From an uncultured virus (IMG/VR IMGVR_UViG_3300042568_000222) (lineage: Duplodnaviria; Heunggongvirae; Uroviricota; Caudoviricetes; Crassvirales): a DNA stretch of 64,000 nt. Shown piece after piece: positions 1 through 7,935 of this stretch. Under the pieces are notes generated by a model. The model was not told where the DNA came from. It ran no database searches and was given only the letters and a program-made list of their open reading frames with translations. The DNA is taken from IMG/VR virus record IMGVR_UViG_3300042568_000222. One strand, written 5' to 3'. A program made the translations under genes and the position numbers. Each line of letters opens with the position of its first letter. Position 1 is the first letter of the stretch.

Positions 1-125
1 ACATCCAGAGCAATTTTTTTAGCAATTGTAGTACAGAGAATTTCCTCTCCACAATCTGTATTCTCATTCATCAGAATAGCTCTGTATCGATTAACTAAAT
101 CTTGGGCTTTTTCTTTAGGTGTCAT
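1..125 (-). CDS. Hypothetical phage protein, partial (runs off the left edge)
   Basis: ATG at 125 overlaps the upstream stop; reads MTPKEKAQDLVNRY...AKKIAL, an N-terminus typical of Bacteroidota phage small proteins. Confidence 0.65.
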   Translation of the reverse strand, partial: MTPKEKAQDLVNRYRAILMNENTDCGEEILCTTIAKKIALD

Positions 126-343
126 TTCTCTTTGGTGTCTACTTTTATAATCCTATCCAAGAGTTCTGCAAGTTCTGCTGCGTTGTCAATAGACCAGCCA
201 GTGGTTCGTAATACGAAGAACCCATGATGAAGATCAAACGGATTCTGATATTCGATGGTAATCTCTTCGTACTCACTCGTCGTTCCCTCGGTGTTACCTT
301 CTTGCCCAAAGGTGAAGCTAGCGGACATAAGTTCTGGTTTCAT
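122..343 (-). CDS. Hypothetical protein
   Basis: 73-aa ORF with 4-nt overlaps to both neighbours. Confidence 0.7.
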   Translation of the reverse strand: MKPELMSASFTFGQEGNTEGTTSEYEEITIEYQNPFDLHHGFFVLRTTGWSIDNAAELAELLDRIIKVDTKEK

Positions 344-909
344 TTGATTTGTGTTTTAATGCATCGGACAGAGAAGCCGCTTTGCAAGTTGAAGTAGTTA
401 CGGTATATATCTGAATAGTTGGGGGTTAGGTCGCGGCTATAAGCGTAATGGGTATCATAAGCTGTCGCAGACCACCAGTAGCCGAGGAACCCGAGATTGT
501 AGAAGATTCCATAGTTGGAATCTCGAAAGCCTTTGGGTGATGCCGAGAAGCCGCTGGAATTTGTCCCATTCCAATCAGTAGATTTTAATTCCTTTCCTGC
601 AATATCCTCACCGCCCAAGGATTTAGTTAACTCCGTCCATTCATCATCTGAGGGGACATGGAACCCTTCAGGTGCAAGTCCTCGTGAATCGTTAACCGCG
701 TACCAGTTGTAGAGGTAATTGCCATCTGGAGTGATGCAATAGGCCGCTGTTGTAAGTTGCGACCACTGCTTATTGTCCGTCACCAACGGGATGTCCTCAC
801 CGTTGTGAAACTTGGTTACCTTAAGGTCTTCGGTAACCCACTCCTGAGTCCCGATTGTTGTTGTGCTCATTTCGCTTGTTTTTACTGGGGTTTTAGATTT
901 GCACCTCAT
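340..909 (-). CDS. Fibrobacter succinogenes major paralogous (FISUMP, C-type lectin fold) domain protein
   Basis: IGTQEW, YLYNWYAV, APEGFHVPSDDEWTEL, GTNSSGFSA, GYWWS and C-terminal GFSVRCIK motifs; true start may be Met14. Confidence 0.9.
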   Translation of the reverse strand: MRCKSKTPVKTSEMSTTTIGTQEWVTEDLKVTKFHNGEDIPLVTDNKQWSQLTTAAYCITPDGNYLYNWYAVNDSRGLAPEGFHVPSDDEWTELTKSLGGEDIAGKELKSTDWNGTNSSGFSASPKGFRDSNYGIFYNLGFLGYWWSATAYDTHYAYSRDLTPNYSDIYRNYFNLQSGFSVRCIKTQIK

Positions 910-939
910 CGGGTATTCGTTGTAAATTCTACTATGTTT

Positions 940-1173
940 TTACAACCGATCGGGTGCAATTTGACCTGACTTAATTTCATCCATGACTACCGCGTCTATT
1001 GCTTCTATCATCTTTACTAATGTATCTCGTAATTCCTTAAGACTCCTTCCTAAGAGAAGGGGTTCGCCCTTCACAATAAATTCGCCCTTATCATCAAAGC
1101 ATAAGTACTCAAGCGAGTAGTACGGAGGGCGGGTTGCCTCTTGAACAACCCTATACTCAATTTTCCTAGCCAT
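940..1173 (-). CDS. Hypothetical protein
   Basis: 77-aa ORF in the early minus-strand run. Confidence 0.65.
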   Translation of the reverse strand: MARKIEYRVVQEATRPPYYSLEYLCFDDKGEFIVKGEPLLLGRSLKELRDTLVKMIEAIDAVVMDEIKSGQIAPDRL

Positions 1174-1254
1174 CTTGTCTTTGTTTTAAGTCCTGAAAAG
1201 TGATGTCAAACCGCATTTGAATGTCCTGAAAAGTGTAAAAGGGATGGTTGTTGT

Positions 1255-1440
1255 TTATTTCAGATACTCCATCAACGCTTTCGCACGCTTGTCTGTGTCT
1301 GTGCAGTTGCTGATCTTCATGCGTTCCTTGTACAGGAATACGTGCCATTCGTTGAACGAGATGGACTCGTTAGGATAGACGCTGCTCCTGACCTTCGGCC
1401 CTGTGGGCTTGTAGTCATCCTTCTTCTTGTTAAACCACAT
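1255..1440 (-). CDS. Hypothetical protein
   Basis: 61-aa ORF; start overlaps the stop of 1440-1655. Confidence 0.6.
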   Translation of the reverse strand: MWFNKKKDDYKPTGPKVRSSVYPNESISFNEWHVFLYKERMKISNCTDTDKRAKALMEYLK

Positions 1441-1655
1441 TATCGTTTTTGTTTGGTGATGAATCCGTACTTGTCTGCATCCTGCATGACGTTCATAATC
1501 TCCGCATAGAACCTAGTCTGATTAGCCTTCTCGTTGGCTTCCCACAGGCACAGGTGGGTATTAAAATAGGAGTCTACAATCTTGTCGAACAGCTTCGCCT
1601 TGTCCTTGAGAATCATGATCTGCTCGTAGTTGCTCATCTCATTCGTGATGTTCAT
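1440..1655 (-). CDS. Hypothetical protein
   Basis: 71-aa ORF, translationally coupled to neighbours. Confidence 0.65.
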   Translation of the reverse strand: MNITNEMSNYEQIMILKDKAKLFDKIVDSYFNTHLCLWEANEKANQTRFYAEIMNVMQDADKYGFITKQKR

Positions 1656-2149
1656 AGGTCTTGGTGTTGGGTGGGGAGTTTAGACAACCGCTTCACTCGC
1701 TCCAATTGTTGTTCTTTGATTTCAACTTGGCGGTTCAAAAACTTGATGGTCTTTCCGATTCGTTCAATCTGTTCCTCTAGTTCAAGTTCATCCATGTAGG
1801 ACTCAACGATGGTGGATGCTCCTGCGAATAGTTCCTTGTAGCCATTCCACGATTTCATGTTGCCATCGTGGTTCTCCCTGTAGTGGATGATGGTTGCGTG
1901 GTGCTTCTCGAATGCATCTGCGATGCTCACCAGCGTGGTCTTCCCGACCAAGGCATTTGCTAGTGCCATCTCCTGCATCAGGTGCGGCTTCTTGCTCTTG
2001 TAGTTCGGCTTGGTGATGTTGATGAAGATGTTCCTGATTCGGACGATGGTCTCTACGGGGATCCTGTTTACTGAACTAGCAACTCCTGTAGCGACTTTGT
2101 CACCTGTACAAAGGGTAGTTGCGACTTGTTGTGGATGATGTTCTTCCAT
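1652..2149 (-). CDS. DnaA C-terminal-like helix-turn-helix DNA-binding protein with coiled-coil tail
   Basis: TLVSIADAFEKHHATIIHY resembles the DnaA domain IV sL..Ig..f.rdHsTVih motif; start codon uncertain. Confidence 0.6.
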   Translation of the reverse strand: MEEHHPQQVATTLCTGDKVATGVASSVNRIPVETIVRIRNIFINITKPNYKSKKPHLMQEMALANALVGKTTLVSIADAFEKHHATIIHYRENHDGNMKSWNGYKELFAGASTIVESYMDELELEEQIERIGKTIKFLNRQVEIKEQQLERVKRLSKLPTQHQDL

Positions 2150-2280
2150 TCTTGTTCAATTGATTCTAGAACCTCTGTTCTTTTCTTGAGTGCTGCTTCC
2201 TGTGTAGAGTGCTGTGAGACCCTCTCAATCCTGCGGTCATAGTGGACCACCTCTACGTAGTAAACTGACTTGTTGTTCAT
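2068..2280 (-). CDS. Hypothetical protein
   Basis: MNNKSVYYVEVV... from ATG 2280, 5 nt after a TATCTTTC box; the longer track start overlaps DUF932. Confidence 0.6.
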   Translation of the reverse strand: MNNKSVYYVEVVHYDRRIERVSQHSTQEAALKKRTEVLESIEQEWKNIIHNKSQLPFVQVTKSLQELLVQ

Positions 2281-2332
2281 TGTGGGAAAGATAGGGGAGG
2301 AACTTCCTCCTCCCCCATTCCTTAACATATTT

Positions 2333-3214
2333 TTAGGCATAGATGTTAACGTACTCCGATGCCAAGCGGAAGGCACGCTCATCCAAAGTCTGCGATGCAC
2401 CTGACAGCTTGGACACTTCGCGTGAGTTATCGCGGCCTGCAACGTGCGTGGTGTAGTGGGTGATTCCGCTCCACATCCCCCACAGGCTGTAGCCCTTGTA
2501 GGCACACTCCGAGTGGACGCTCTTCAGGATGTCCTGTACACGATTCACAGCCTTGCCATGCAGTGTGCTACGCAGTTCGTCTTCAGAGATGGACACATCG
2601 ATGCCTGTCAACTTGGTGACGTAGCGGTTGATGATGTTTTGGTCAATCTCGATTGCGTCCAGGTCCATGATGGAACGTTCGAACTCCTTGTTGCGTTCGC
2701 GCAACTTGTTTGCCTGTGCGATGTTCTCCTGAATGCGAGATACTGCATTCAACGTGTGCTTGGCCTTGTTGTTCATCTCCTTGAACGCGTGGTTGAACGT
2801 GTTCTTGCAAGAGATGGTGATGGAGGTAGATCCCCATGCGATGGAACGCGAGCCATCGTGGCTGTTGAGACAGGTGACGTAGCTGTCCACCTTGTCGTTG
2901 TTTCTGCCGATGCCATTGAGCGTGGTGTCGAGCAGTTGCACGAAGACGATGCGCCCACCTGACAACTCCCCTGCACGATGCACAGGCAGGTTGGTGTCGT
3001 TGGCAACTGCATCTGCCAACTCGAACAGGCTGCTGTTCTGGAAGGGGGCGTACCTGCCCGTGACGCAGTTCAGGACATCGCCATTGTCGTCGCGCTTGAC
3101 AGCGTAGTACGATGTTGGTTCAACTACACCGCTGGGTGACAGGGTGTACATGGGTTCCTTGGTGACATTCCATCCAAGGCCGTTGGCTTCCGCCATTTTG
3201 CTGTAGTCAATCAT
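2333..3214 (-). CDS. DUF932/DUF945 (TIGR03299-like) phage/plasmid protein
   Basis: GLGWNVTKEP, RYAPFQN, AGELSGGRIVF, LNSHDGS, CKNT, SLWGMWSGITHY motifs. Confidence 0.85.
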   Translation of the reverse strand: MIDYSKMAEANGLGWNVTKEPMYTLSPSGVVEPTSYYAVKRDDNGDVLNCVTGRYAPFQNSSLFELADAVANDTNLPVHRAGELSGGRIVFVQLLDTTLNGIGRNNDKVDSYVTCLNSHDGSRSIAWGSTSITISCKNTFNHAFKEMNNKAKHTLNAVSRIQENIAQANKLRERNKEFERSIMDLDAIEIDQNIINRYVTKLTGIDVSISEDELRSTLHGKAVNRVQDILKSVHSECAYKGYSLWGMWSGITHYTTHVAGRDNSREVSKLSGASQTLDERAFRLASEYVNIYA

Positions 3215-3239
3215 AGCTGTTTGTTTGTTGATGATGGGA

Positions 3240-3295
3240 CAAAGATTGGGTGATTTTGTTTTACGTCAAAATCTGACGTGTTAAAGGGTGTTAAC
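3240..3295 (-). promoter_or_regulatory. Early promoter copy 1 (two TTAAC boxes, -33 TTTG, -7 AATCTTTG)
   Basis: Same layout as four other copies; 19-nt spacer between -33 and -7. Confidence 0.75.
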
Positions 3296-3524
3296 TCAAG
3301 ATTGGTTGTTCGATTTCATAGATGCTGTGCGACATATTCGCATAGAACAAAAGTTTGCGAAATGCCATGTCTGTCAGGATCTGACGAGCCACGAATTCTA
3401 CCTGTGGCATGGAGTCAGTTAGTATCTGCTGCTTGTCCTCCTCGCTGATGGATGAAGGGTCAATCTTCATGAATCGCAGGACATTGTCAATGTCGTAGAT
3501 TCCGAATTCGATGGTCGTTGTCAT
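3291..3524 (-). CDS. Hypothetical protein
   Basis: 77-aa ORF whose stop lies in the promoter TTAA box. Confidence 0.7.
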   Translation of the reverse strand: MTTTIEFGIYDIDNVLRFMKIDPSSISEEDKQQILTDSMPQVEFVARQILTDMAFRKLLFYANMSHSIYEIEQPILS

Positions 3525-3586
3525 TCTTTGGCGAATACTTTGTAACAGGTGAGGAAGATGATGACGAGGATGATGATGTCGAGCAT
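3521..3586 (-). CDS. Small membrane peptide (21 aa)
   Basis: MLDIIILVIIFLTCYKVFAKE; stop overlaps the next ATG; below the track cut-off. Confidence 0.5.
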   Translation of the reverse strand: MLDIIILVIIFLTCYKVFAKE

Positions 3587-3598
3587 GATGATAGTGAA

Positions 3599-3778
3599 TT
3601 AGCTGACCTTGGCGAAGTACACAGCACCTAACATGAGCATGAACTCGATGGATGGGTACAGCCAGTACTCCACGTTGTGGTTGAGTTTGAGACGCGGCAA
3701 CAGGTTACGCAATGCGTAGGTGAAGAGTTGCAGTGTGGATGCAATAAAGATTGCAGAGAGGAGGATGTAATCAGACAT
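3599..3778 (-). CDS. Small two-helix membrane protein (59 aa)
   Basis: MSDYILLSAIFIASTLQLF...FMLMLGAVYFAKVS, read by hand; fills the gap between neighbours. Confidence 0.6.
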   Translation of the reverse strand: MSDYILLSAIFIASTLQLFTYALRNLLPRLKLNHNVEYWLYPSIEFMLMLGAVYFAKVS

Positions 3779-3959
3779 TGTTTGGGTGTTTTTCGGCGTA
3801 GTAATTCTTTGGGTCGTTGTTGTACTTCATCTTGAAGCGCGACCATTGTTTCCTGAAGCAGTCCTCGTTTCGGACTGCCCATTGGTATGGGTTCAGCACA
3901 TCGAATATGTACCTGAGTTCTTGGTTGTCTTCAGACTTCGAAGTATACATTCCTGTCAA
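3771..3959 (-). CDS. Hypothetical protein
   Basis: 62-aa ORF in the operon. Confidence 0.55.
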   Translation of the reverse strand: MTGMYTSKSEDNQELRYIFDVLNPYQWAVRNEDCFRKQWSRFKMKYNNDPKNYYAEKHPNNV

Positions 3960-4317
3960 TTGTTACTATGTACTTGAGTTCTGCACCATCGATGTCGCAT
4001 TCGTTTTGGTCGATCCAGTGGGGCTTCACCTTGGGGTTGAATGATGCCTTGTTGGCTGAACTTACGTCTGCATCGCTGACCAAGGCAGTAGGCACCATTG
4101 TGTAGTTCTTCGCCGCAATCCAAGCACAGACTGACTTGTTCTCGCCACTATGAATCTTGACTGCTGTGGATTTGCGATTCACGAGTTTCACATCGTTCAG
4201 CATGAATGACCATTCGTGTGGGTCAACGTACCTCACCCCGTGCTTTGTGGTGAGTTGCCACATTTGGTAGTTCTCGCCCTTGCCAAGGTGGAATCGGAGT
4301 TTGATATCTCGCTTCAT
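3931..4317 (-). CDS. Hypothetical phage protein
   Basis: 128 aa; RFHLGKG..YQMWQ, KSVCAWI and FNPKVKPHW segments look conserved. Confidence 0.75.
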   Translation of the reverse strand: MKRDIKLRFHLGKGENYQMWQLTTKHGVRYVDPHEWSFMLNDVKLVNRKSTAVKIHSGENKSVCAWIAAKNYTMVPTALVSDADVSSANKASFNPKVKPHWIDQNECDIDGAELKYIVTIDRNVYFEV

Positions 4318-4625
4318 TGCCAGTCGATTTCTGCGCCACGTTCGATGATGGATTCAAGTTGCGCCACACGCTGACGTAGGTATGCGATTTCTTTCTGCTC
4401 GTTGGTGAGTTCCTTGATGTCAAACCAGTTCTCGGTGTCGAATGCTCCTCCTGCAAGGAACTCGTCCTCGTAGTCCTCATGTACGCATACGTAGGGGAAC
4501 CATGCGTCCTTGATGGCTGTGACGAAGATGCGCTCTACGTAGCTGTCCTCTACTTGCGAGCGAACAAGTACACGTTCTCCGCGCTTGAAGATTTGAGCGA
4601 ATTGTTCGGGAGTCAATGGTTTCAT
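4314..4625 (-). CDS. Hypothetical protein with C-terminal coiled coil
   Basis: ATG 4625 after a CAA-rich leader; FKRGERVLV..ERIFV..YVCV. Confidence 0.75.
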   Translation of the reverse strand: MKPLTPEQFAQIFKRGERVLVRSQVEDSYVERIFVTAIKDAWFPYVCVHEDYEDEFLAGGAFDTENWFDIKELTNEQKEIAYLRQRVAQLESIIERGAEIDWQ

Positions 4626-4646
4626 GTCTGTTGTTGTTTGTTGGGT

Positions 4647-4702
4647 CAAAGATGAGGTGAGATTTTCAGATATGCAAGTCCTGATTGTTAATCGATGTTA
4701 AC
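4647..4702 (-). promoter_or_regulatory. Early promoter copy 2
   Basis: GTTAACATCGATTAACA...CTTG-N20-CATCTTTG. Confidence 0.8.
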
Positions 4703-4852
4703 TGATTCCACATCCCATACTTCATCCAAGACATATCCCTTCGTTCTCCTCATGTATGCGACGAAGTTCTCTTGGTGCTGTTGGTCATTGAACGTCTTGG
4801 TGATGACCCATTTCCTGCCGCTTGGGAGGATGAATTGAAGCATGGTTTTCAT
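4688..4852 (-). CDS. Hypothetical protein (54 aa)
   Basis: MKTMLQFILPSGRKWVITKTF...; start overlaps the stop of 4849-5319, stop lies in a promoter box. Confidence 0.6.
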   Translation of the reverse strand: MKTMLQFILPSGRKWVITKTFNDQQHQENFVAYMRRTKGYVLDEVWDVESVNID

Positions 4853-5319
4853 TGTTGTAATGAATCAAAGATTTTCATGAACATAAAATCAAGCTTCTGT
4901 CGTTTCCCCATGAGTTCGTGGTAGTGAGCATCTAATTCTGAATCTTCGCATCGGATTCCCATCGACATCTTGCAAGATTGTTCTCCGACCTTCATGTTGT
5001 ATACATTCGACAGATATCGTGAACGTGACATCAACGAAAGCATGACGTTCTTCTGTAGTTTGGTCATCCCCTTCTTTGGTGGGCAATCCCATTCGTCCTC
5101 GGTGATGTCCTCCCACGATGTCCATTCATATAACTCGCTCAAGTAGTGGTGGTCAAGGATGGTTTGGTCGTCATCCATGTAATTCGCACCATACTCCTGA
5201 CGAAGGATGCACAGCAGAGATTGTTCGGAGGATGCGTAGTACATACCACCATCGATGCAGTAACCTTCGAACATTCCTTTGTTGGTCAAGGAATCGTAGC
5301 GCGGAAATTTCTTACACAT
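4849..5319 (-). CDS. Hypothetical protein
   Basis: 156-aa ORF directly after promoter copy 3. Confidence 0.7.
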   Translation of the reverse strand: MCKKFPRYDSLTNKGMFEGYCIDGGMYYASSEQSLLCILRQEYGANYMDDDQTILDHHYLSELYEWTSWEDITEDEWDCPPKKGMTKLQKNVMLSLMSRSRYLSNVYNMKVGEQSCKMSMGIRCEDSELDAHYHELMGKRQKLDFMFMKIFDSLQQ

Positions 5320-5342
5320 TGTTTGTTGGGTTGATGATGAAA

Positions 5343-5397
5343 CAAAGATGAGGCGAGAAAATCAAAGATGCAAGTTCTGTATGTTAACAGATGTTAA
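5343..5397 (-). promoter_or_regulatory. Early promoter copy 3
   Basis: TTAACATCTGTTAACA...CTTG-N20-CATCTTTG. Confidence 0.8.
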
Positions 5398-6029
5398 TGG
5401 ATGACAAGACCTACCTTGTTGGATGGATTGAACCATTTGGTCGCTTGCACATCCTCGTCCATAGCATCCACATATCCTGCGATGTTCATATCCTCGTAGG
5501 TAGGGAATACCTTGGCGTGCCTGTCCATATTCACGTCTACGTACGCATCCTCTTTGCTACCTTGAGAGAAGATGATGTCGTAGTTGTCGGGCATCAAGCC
5601 TGCATCGATTACAGCCTTCCACAGACGTACGGATTTGGTATAGCTGTAGAATCTGACGTTGGGTAATGCATTAGCAATTGCTAACCATTTATTTATGTAA
5701 TCACGGGAGTAGTAATCTCCTGAATCATGAACTCGGACGAACTTGGCTTTTGTTCGCACGATGTCGCGCACCATGTCATCCACGAACGAATCCAATTTGG
5801 TCTGTTCATATCTCCACTGATACGCATTTCGTGCAGCAGGCCATATGTACGCACCTTTCCGCGCATAGCACATATGACATGGGGATGTTATATCCTCGAC
5901 ATTCGCGAAGGGACAGGTTACCTTTCCCTGTGCATCCCTGTACGCAGGGATTCCGAAGTTCACGACCTTGAATCCGATTGCTTTACTTGTCTTCGCAAGC
6001 TTGCTATTTTGTGAGAGTAATTGTGGCAT
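5394..6029 (-). CDS. Gp88-like phage protein (Cys cluster, radical-SAM-like)
   Basis: NSKLAK, TCPFA...CHMCYARKG, VRVHDSGDYY, FYSYTK; start set at MPQLL (ATG 6029). Confidence 0.8.
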   Translation of the reverse strand: MPQLLSQNSKLAKTSKAIGFKVVNFGIPAYRDAQGKVTCPFANVEDITSPCHMCYARKGAYIWPAARNAYQWRYEQTKLDSFVDDMVRDIVRTKAKFVRVHDSGDYYSRDYINKWLAIANALPNVRFYSYTKSVRLWKAVIDAGLMPDNYDIIFSQGSKEDAYVDVNMDRHAKVFPTYEDMNIAGYVDAMDEDVQATKWFNPSNKVGLVIH

Positions 6030-6031
6030 TG

Positions 6032-6106
6032 TTATTGATTTTTGTGATTCGCATAATGGCAAATCAGGATGGAGAAATAGAGGATGGTGAGGATTGCTGA
6101 AATCAT
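6032..6106 (-). CDS. Small hydrophobic peptide (24 aa), predicted leaderless
   Basis: MISAILTILYFSILICHYANHKNQ; ATG 4 nt after the -7 box, stop 2 nt before the Gp88-like ATG. Confidence 0.5.
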   Translation of the reverse strand: MISAILTILYFSILICHYANHKNQ

Positions 6107-6110
6107 GAGA

Positions 6111-6165
6111 CAAAGATGAGACGAGATTTTCTGCTGTGCAAATTCTGCTTGTTAACAGATGTTAA
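6111..6165 (-). promoter_or_regulatory. Early promoter copy 4
   Basis: TTAACATCTGTTAACA...TTTG-N20-CATCTTTG. Confidence 0.8.
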
Positions 6166-6425
6166 TTCGATGGTTGCCATTCAATTGGAAGACAGCACAG
6201 CAGTACAGAACTTTTGCATCGTTTGAGAGTTGAGTACGAGTTCGCCCAAACAATGCCGTCTTGCATATCACGAACTTCTACCCTCCACAATCCTGTATCT
6301 GTCCTGTAGCGAATTTCACAGGAGAACCATTCTCGCTTGTTCTTGTCGAAACTCAATTGTTCAGAATAGAATTGACTTGCGTAGACTCCTTTGTACTGCC
6401 GAATGAATGTTGCCGAGTATTTCAT
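6162..6425 (-). CDS. Hypothetical protein (first gene of the early arm)
   Basis: 87-aa ORF between promoter copies 5 and 4. Confidence 0.7.
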   Translation of the reverse strand: MKYSATFIRQYKGVYASQFYSEQLSFDKNKREWFSCEIRYRTDTGLWRVEVRDMQDGIVWANSYSTLKRCKSSVLLCCLPIEWQPSN

Positions 6426-6445
6426 GACCTTGAATGTTGATGGTG

Positions 6446-6501
6446 CAAAGATGCACCACGAATCTCATCCTGTCAAGAGGAGGATCGCCAACAGATGTTA
6501 A
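6446..6501 (-). promoter_or_regulatory. Early promoter copy 5
   Basis: TTAACATCTGTTGGC...CTTG-N20-CATCTTTG; one upstream box degenerate. Confidence 0.7.
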
Positions 6502-6914
6502 AACGCCCACAATGCATCGCATACATATGAATCGCGCGACATGCGCGTGTACGAAACCCAAATGACATTTCCAAACGCTTTAACAATCGTTAACAATCAG
6601 CAGTTTACGTTTAGTATTTGCATTGCACATGAATGCAAGTAATGCGCATAAGATGGTGTAGATGTTTAGGTAGTGTATATGGGTAGGGTGATTATCAATG
6701 AGTTACGTCACGTCACCTAAACCTTCACGTTAACCAATGCTACCTAACTCGTTGACGTACAAGGCATTGCCCAAACGTACAAAAAATGCTAAATGTTATG
6801 CCAAAAAGTGTTAAAATGCTAGGCCACGGGGTCGCGGAATCGAGTTCGGGTCGCGTAGGGGGACGTGCGTGTAGTAGTAAGAATCCCCTACCTAAACATT
6901 TCTAAATCGTTTTT
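6502..6914. other. Non-coding region at the early/late boundary (candidate terminus, pac or origin)
   Basis: About 400 nt without a credible ORF; inverted repeats, ACGT-rich motifs and a G-rich block. Confidence 0.5.
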
Positions 6915-7217
6915 TTACAACCCTTCTATGCGCAGGTTGTTTCTATTGGTGTAGACTGATCTGAGTCCTTTAGAACCTGTGATGATTGTTCCCTTGTCGG
7001 AATTGCGCTTTGCGTTCATCTCTGCTCTAGCTCTTTTCTTTTGGGTCTGCTTGCCTCTACGGTCGAGTTCAGAAAGCAGTTCACCGACGTTCTGGGTACG
7101 CTTGGTATTCCCGAATTGGTCTTGTTTAGCTTCCCCTCTGTACTTGTCTGTGATCACAAGACCTGGCTTCTTGGCTGGAGTCTTACCTCCTTTGTTGTAA
7201 CTCTTCATGCACTTCAT
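6915..7217 (-). CDS. Small basic protein with N-terminal MKCMKSYNKGG tag
   Basis: 100 aa, Lys/Arg-rich; TATATTTG 4 nt upstream. Confidence 0.75.
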   Translation of the reverse strand: MKCMKSYNKGGKTPAKKPGLVITDKYRGEAKQDQFGNTKRTQNVGELLSELDRRGKQTQKKRARAEMNAKRNSDKGTIITGSKGLRSVYTNRNNLRIEGL

Positions 7218-7276
7218 ACAGCAAATATATAAAAATCAGTTATTTCATTTTCTTGAAAAAAAACATCTTGAAACGC

Positions 7277-7307
7277 TTGACTTTTACCGTTTTTTGTTGT
7301 AACTTCG
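7277..7307 (+). promoter_or_regulatory. Putative rightward promoter (TTG...TAACTTCG)
   Basis: Near-consensus Bacteroidota -33/-7 elements after an AT-rich tract. Confidence 0.5.
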
Positions 7308-7444
7308 CGAACAGTTGAAGACGTGGAAAACGAAATCGACTGCGGGGCGTGCTTGAGGCCGCCCGCTGCGATTAGGTGGAAGACGTTGAAAACGGTAACG
7401 TAGAGTGTTGTATACGGGGTAGCTGTGCTTTATATATTTATGCT

Positions 7445-7786
7445 ATGAAAACGACTAAAAAGCCTAATACAAAGGAGTTTAAGCTGTCCCCCAAGCGCAA
7501 GATGGACGGGAATGTAGGGGCGTTAATGCAGGTATTAGAGGAGTGGGATCAGCTACGCCAGGGTTCAGGTATGGAGAACCCATCGATCTACGAGTTGGAG
7601 ACAGGGAGTAGGACGACCCCAGAGGGAGAAAGAACTGATTCAGACATACGTGTAGTACTGGGTCCAGATAAGCAGTACAGGACCATGCCTAGGATGGTTG
7701 CAGACCCTACGAGCAAGACAGGCCAGAGGAAGGTTGGGGACATATATTGGGATGATAACCTCAAGAAGTGGCAAGTAGTAAGATGA
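7445..7786 (+). CDS. Hypothetical protein
   Basis: ATG 7445 (MKTTKKP) 4 nt after TATATTTA. Confidence 0.7.
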   Translation: MKTTKKPNTKEFKLSPKRKMDGNVGALMQVLEEWDQLRQGSGMENPSIYELETGSRTTPEGERTDSDIRVVLGPDKQYRTMPRMVADPTSKTGQRKVGDIYWDDNLKKWQVVR

Positions 7787-7920
7787 TCGTCAAGAAAGGA
7801 GACCAGTATCAGGTGCGGAGTAGAAGCGGGAAGCTCCTCGGTACGCACGAGACCAGAGAGAAGGCCCTCAGGCAGCTCAGGGCGGTAGAAGCCTCCAAAG
7901 CAAGGCAAGGTAAATTGTAA
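7783..7920 (+). CDS. Small basic phage protein (45 aa)
   Basis: MIVKKGDQYQVRSRSGKLLGTHETREKALRQLRAVEASK..., a recurrent phage small-protein pattern; missed by the track. Confidence 0.75.
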   Translation: MIVKKGDQYQVRSRSGKLLGTHETREKALRQLRAVEASKARQGKL

Positions 7921-7935
7921 TTATATTTGCCGTAA

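Noticed and set aside
7314..7394. Possible mini-CRISPR array
   Set aside because: Only two imperfect 19-nt repeats, a self-complementary spacer and no cas genes; kept only as an ncRNA candidate
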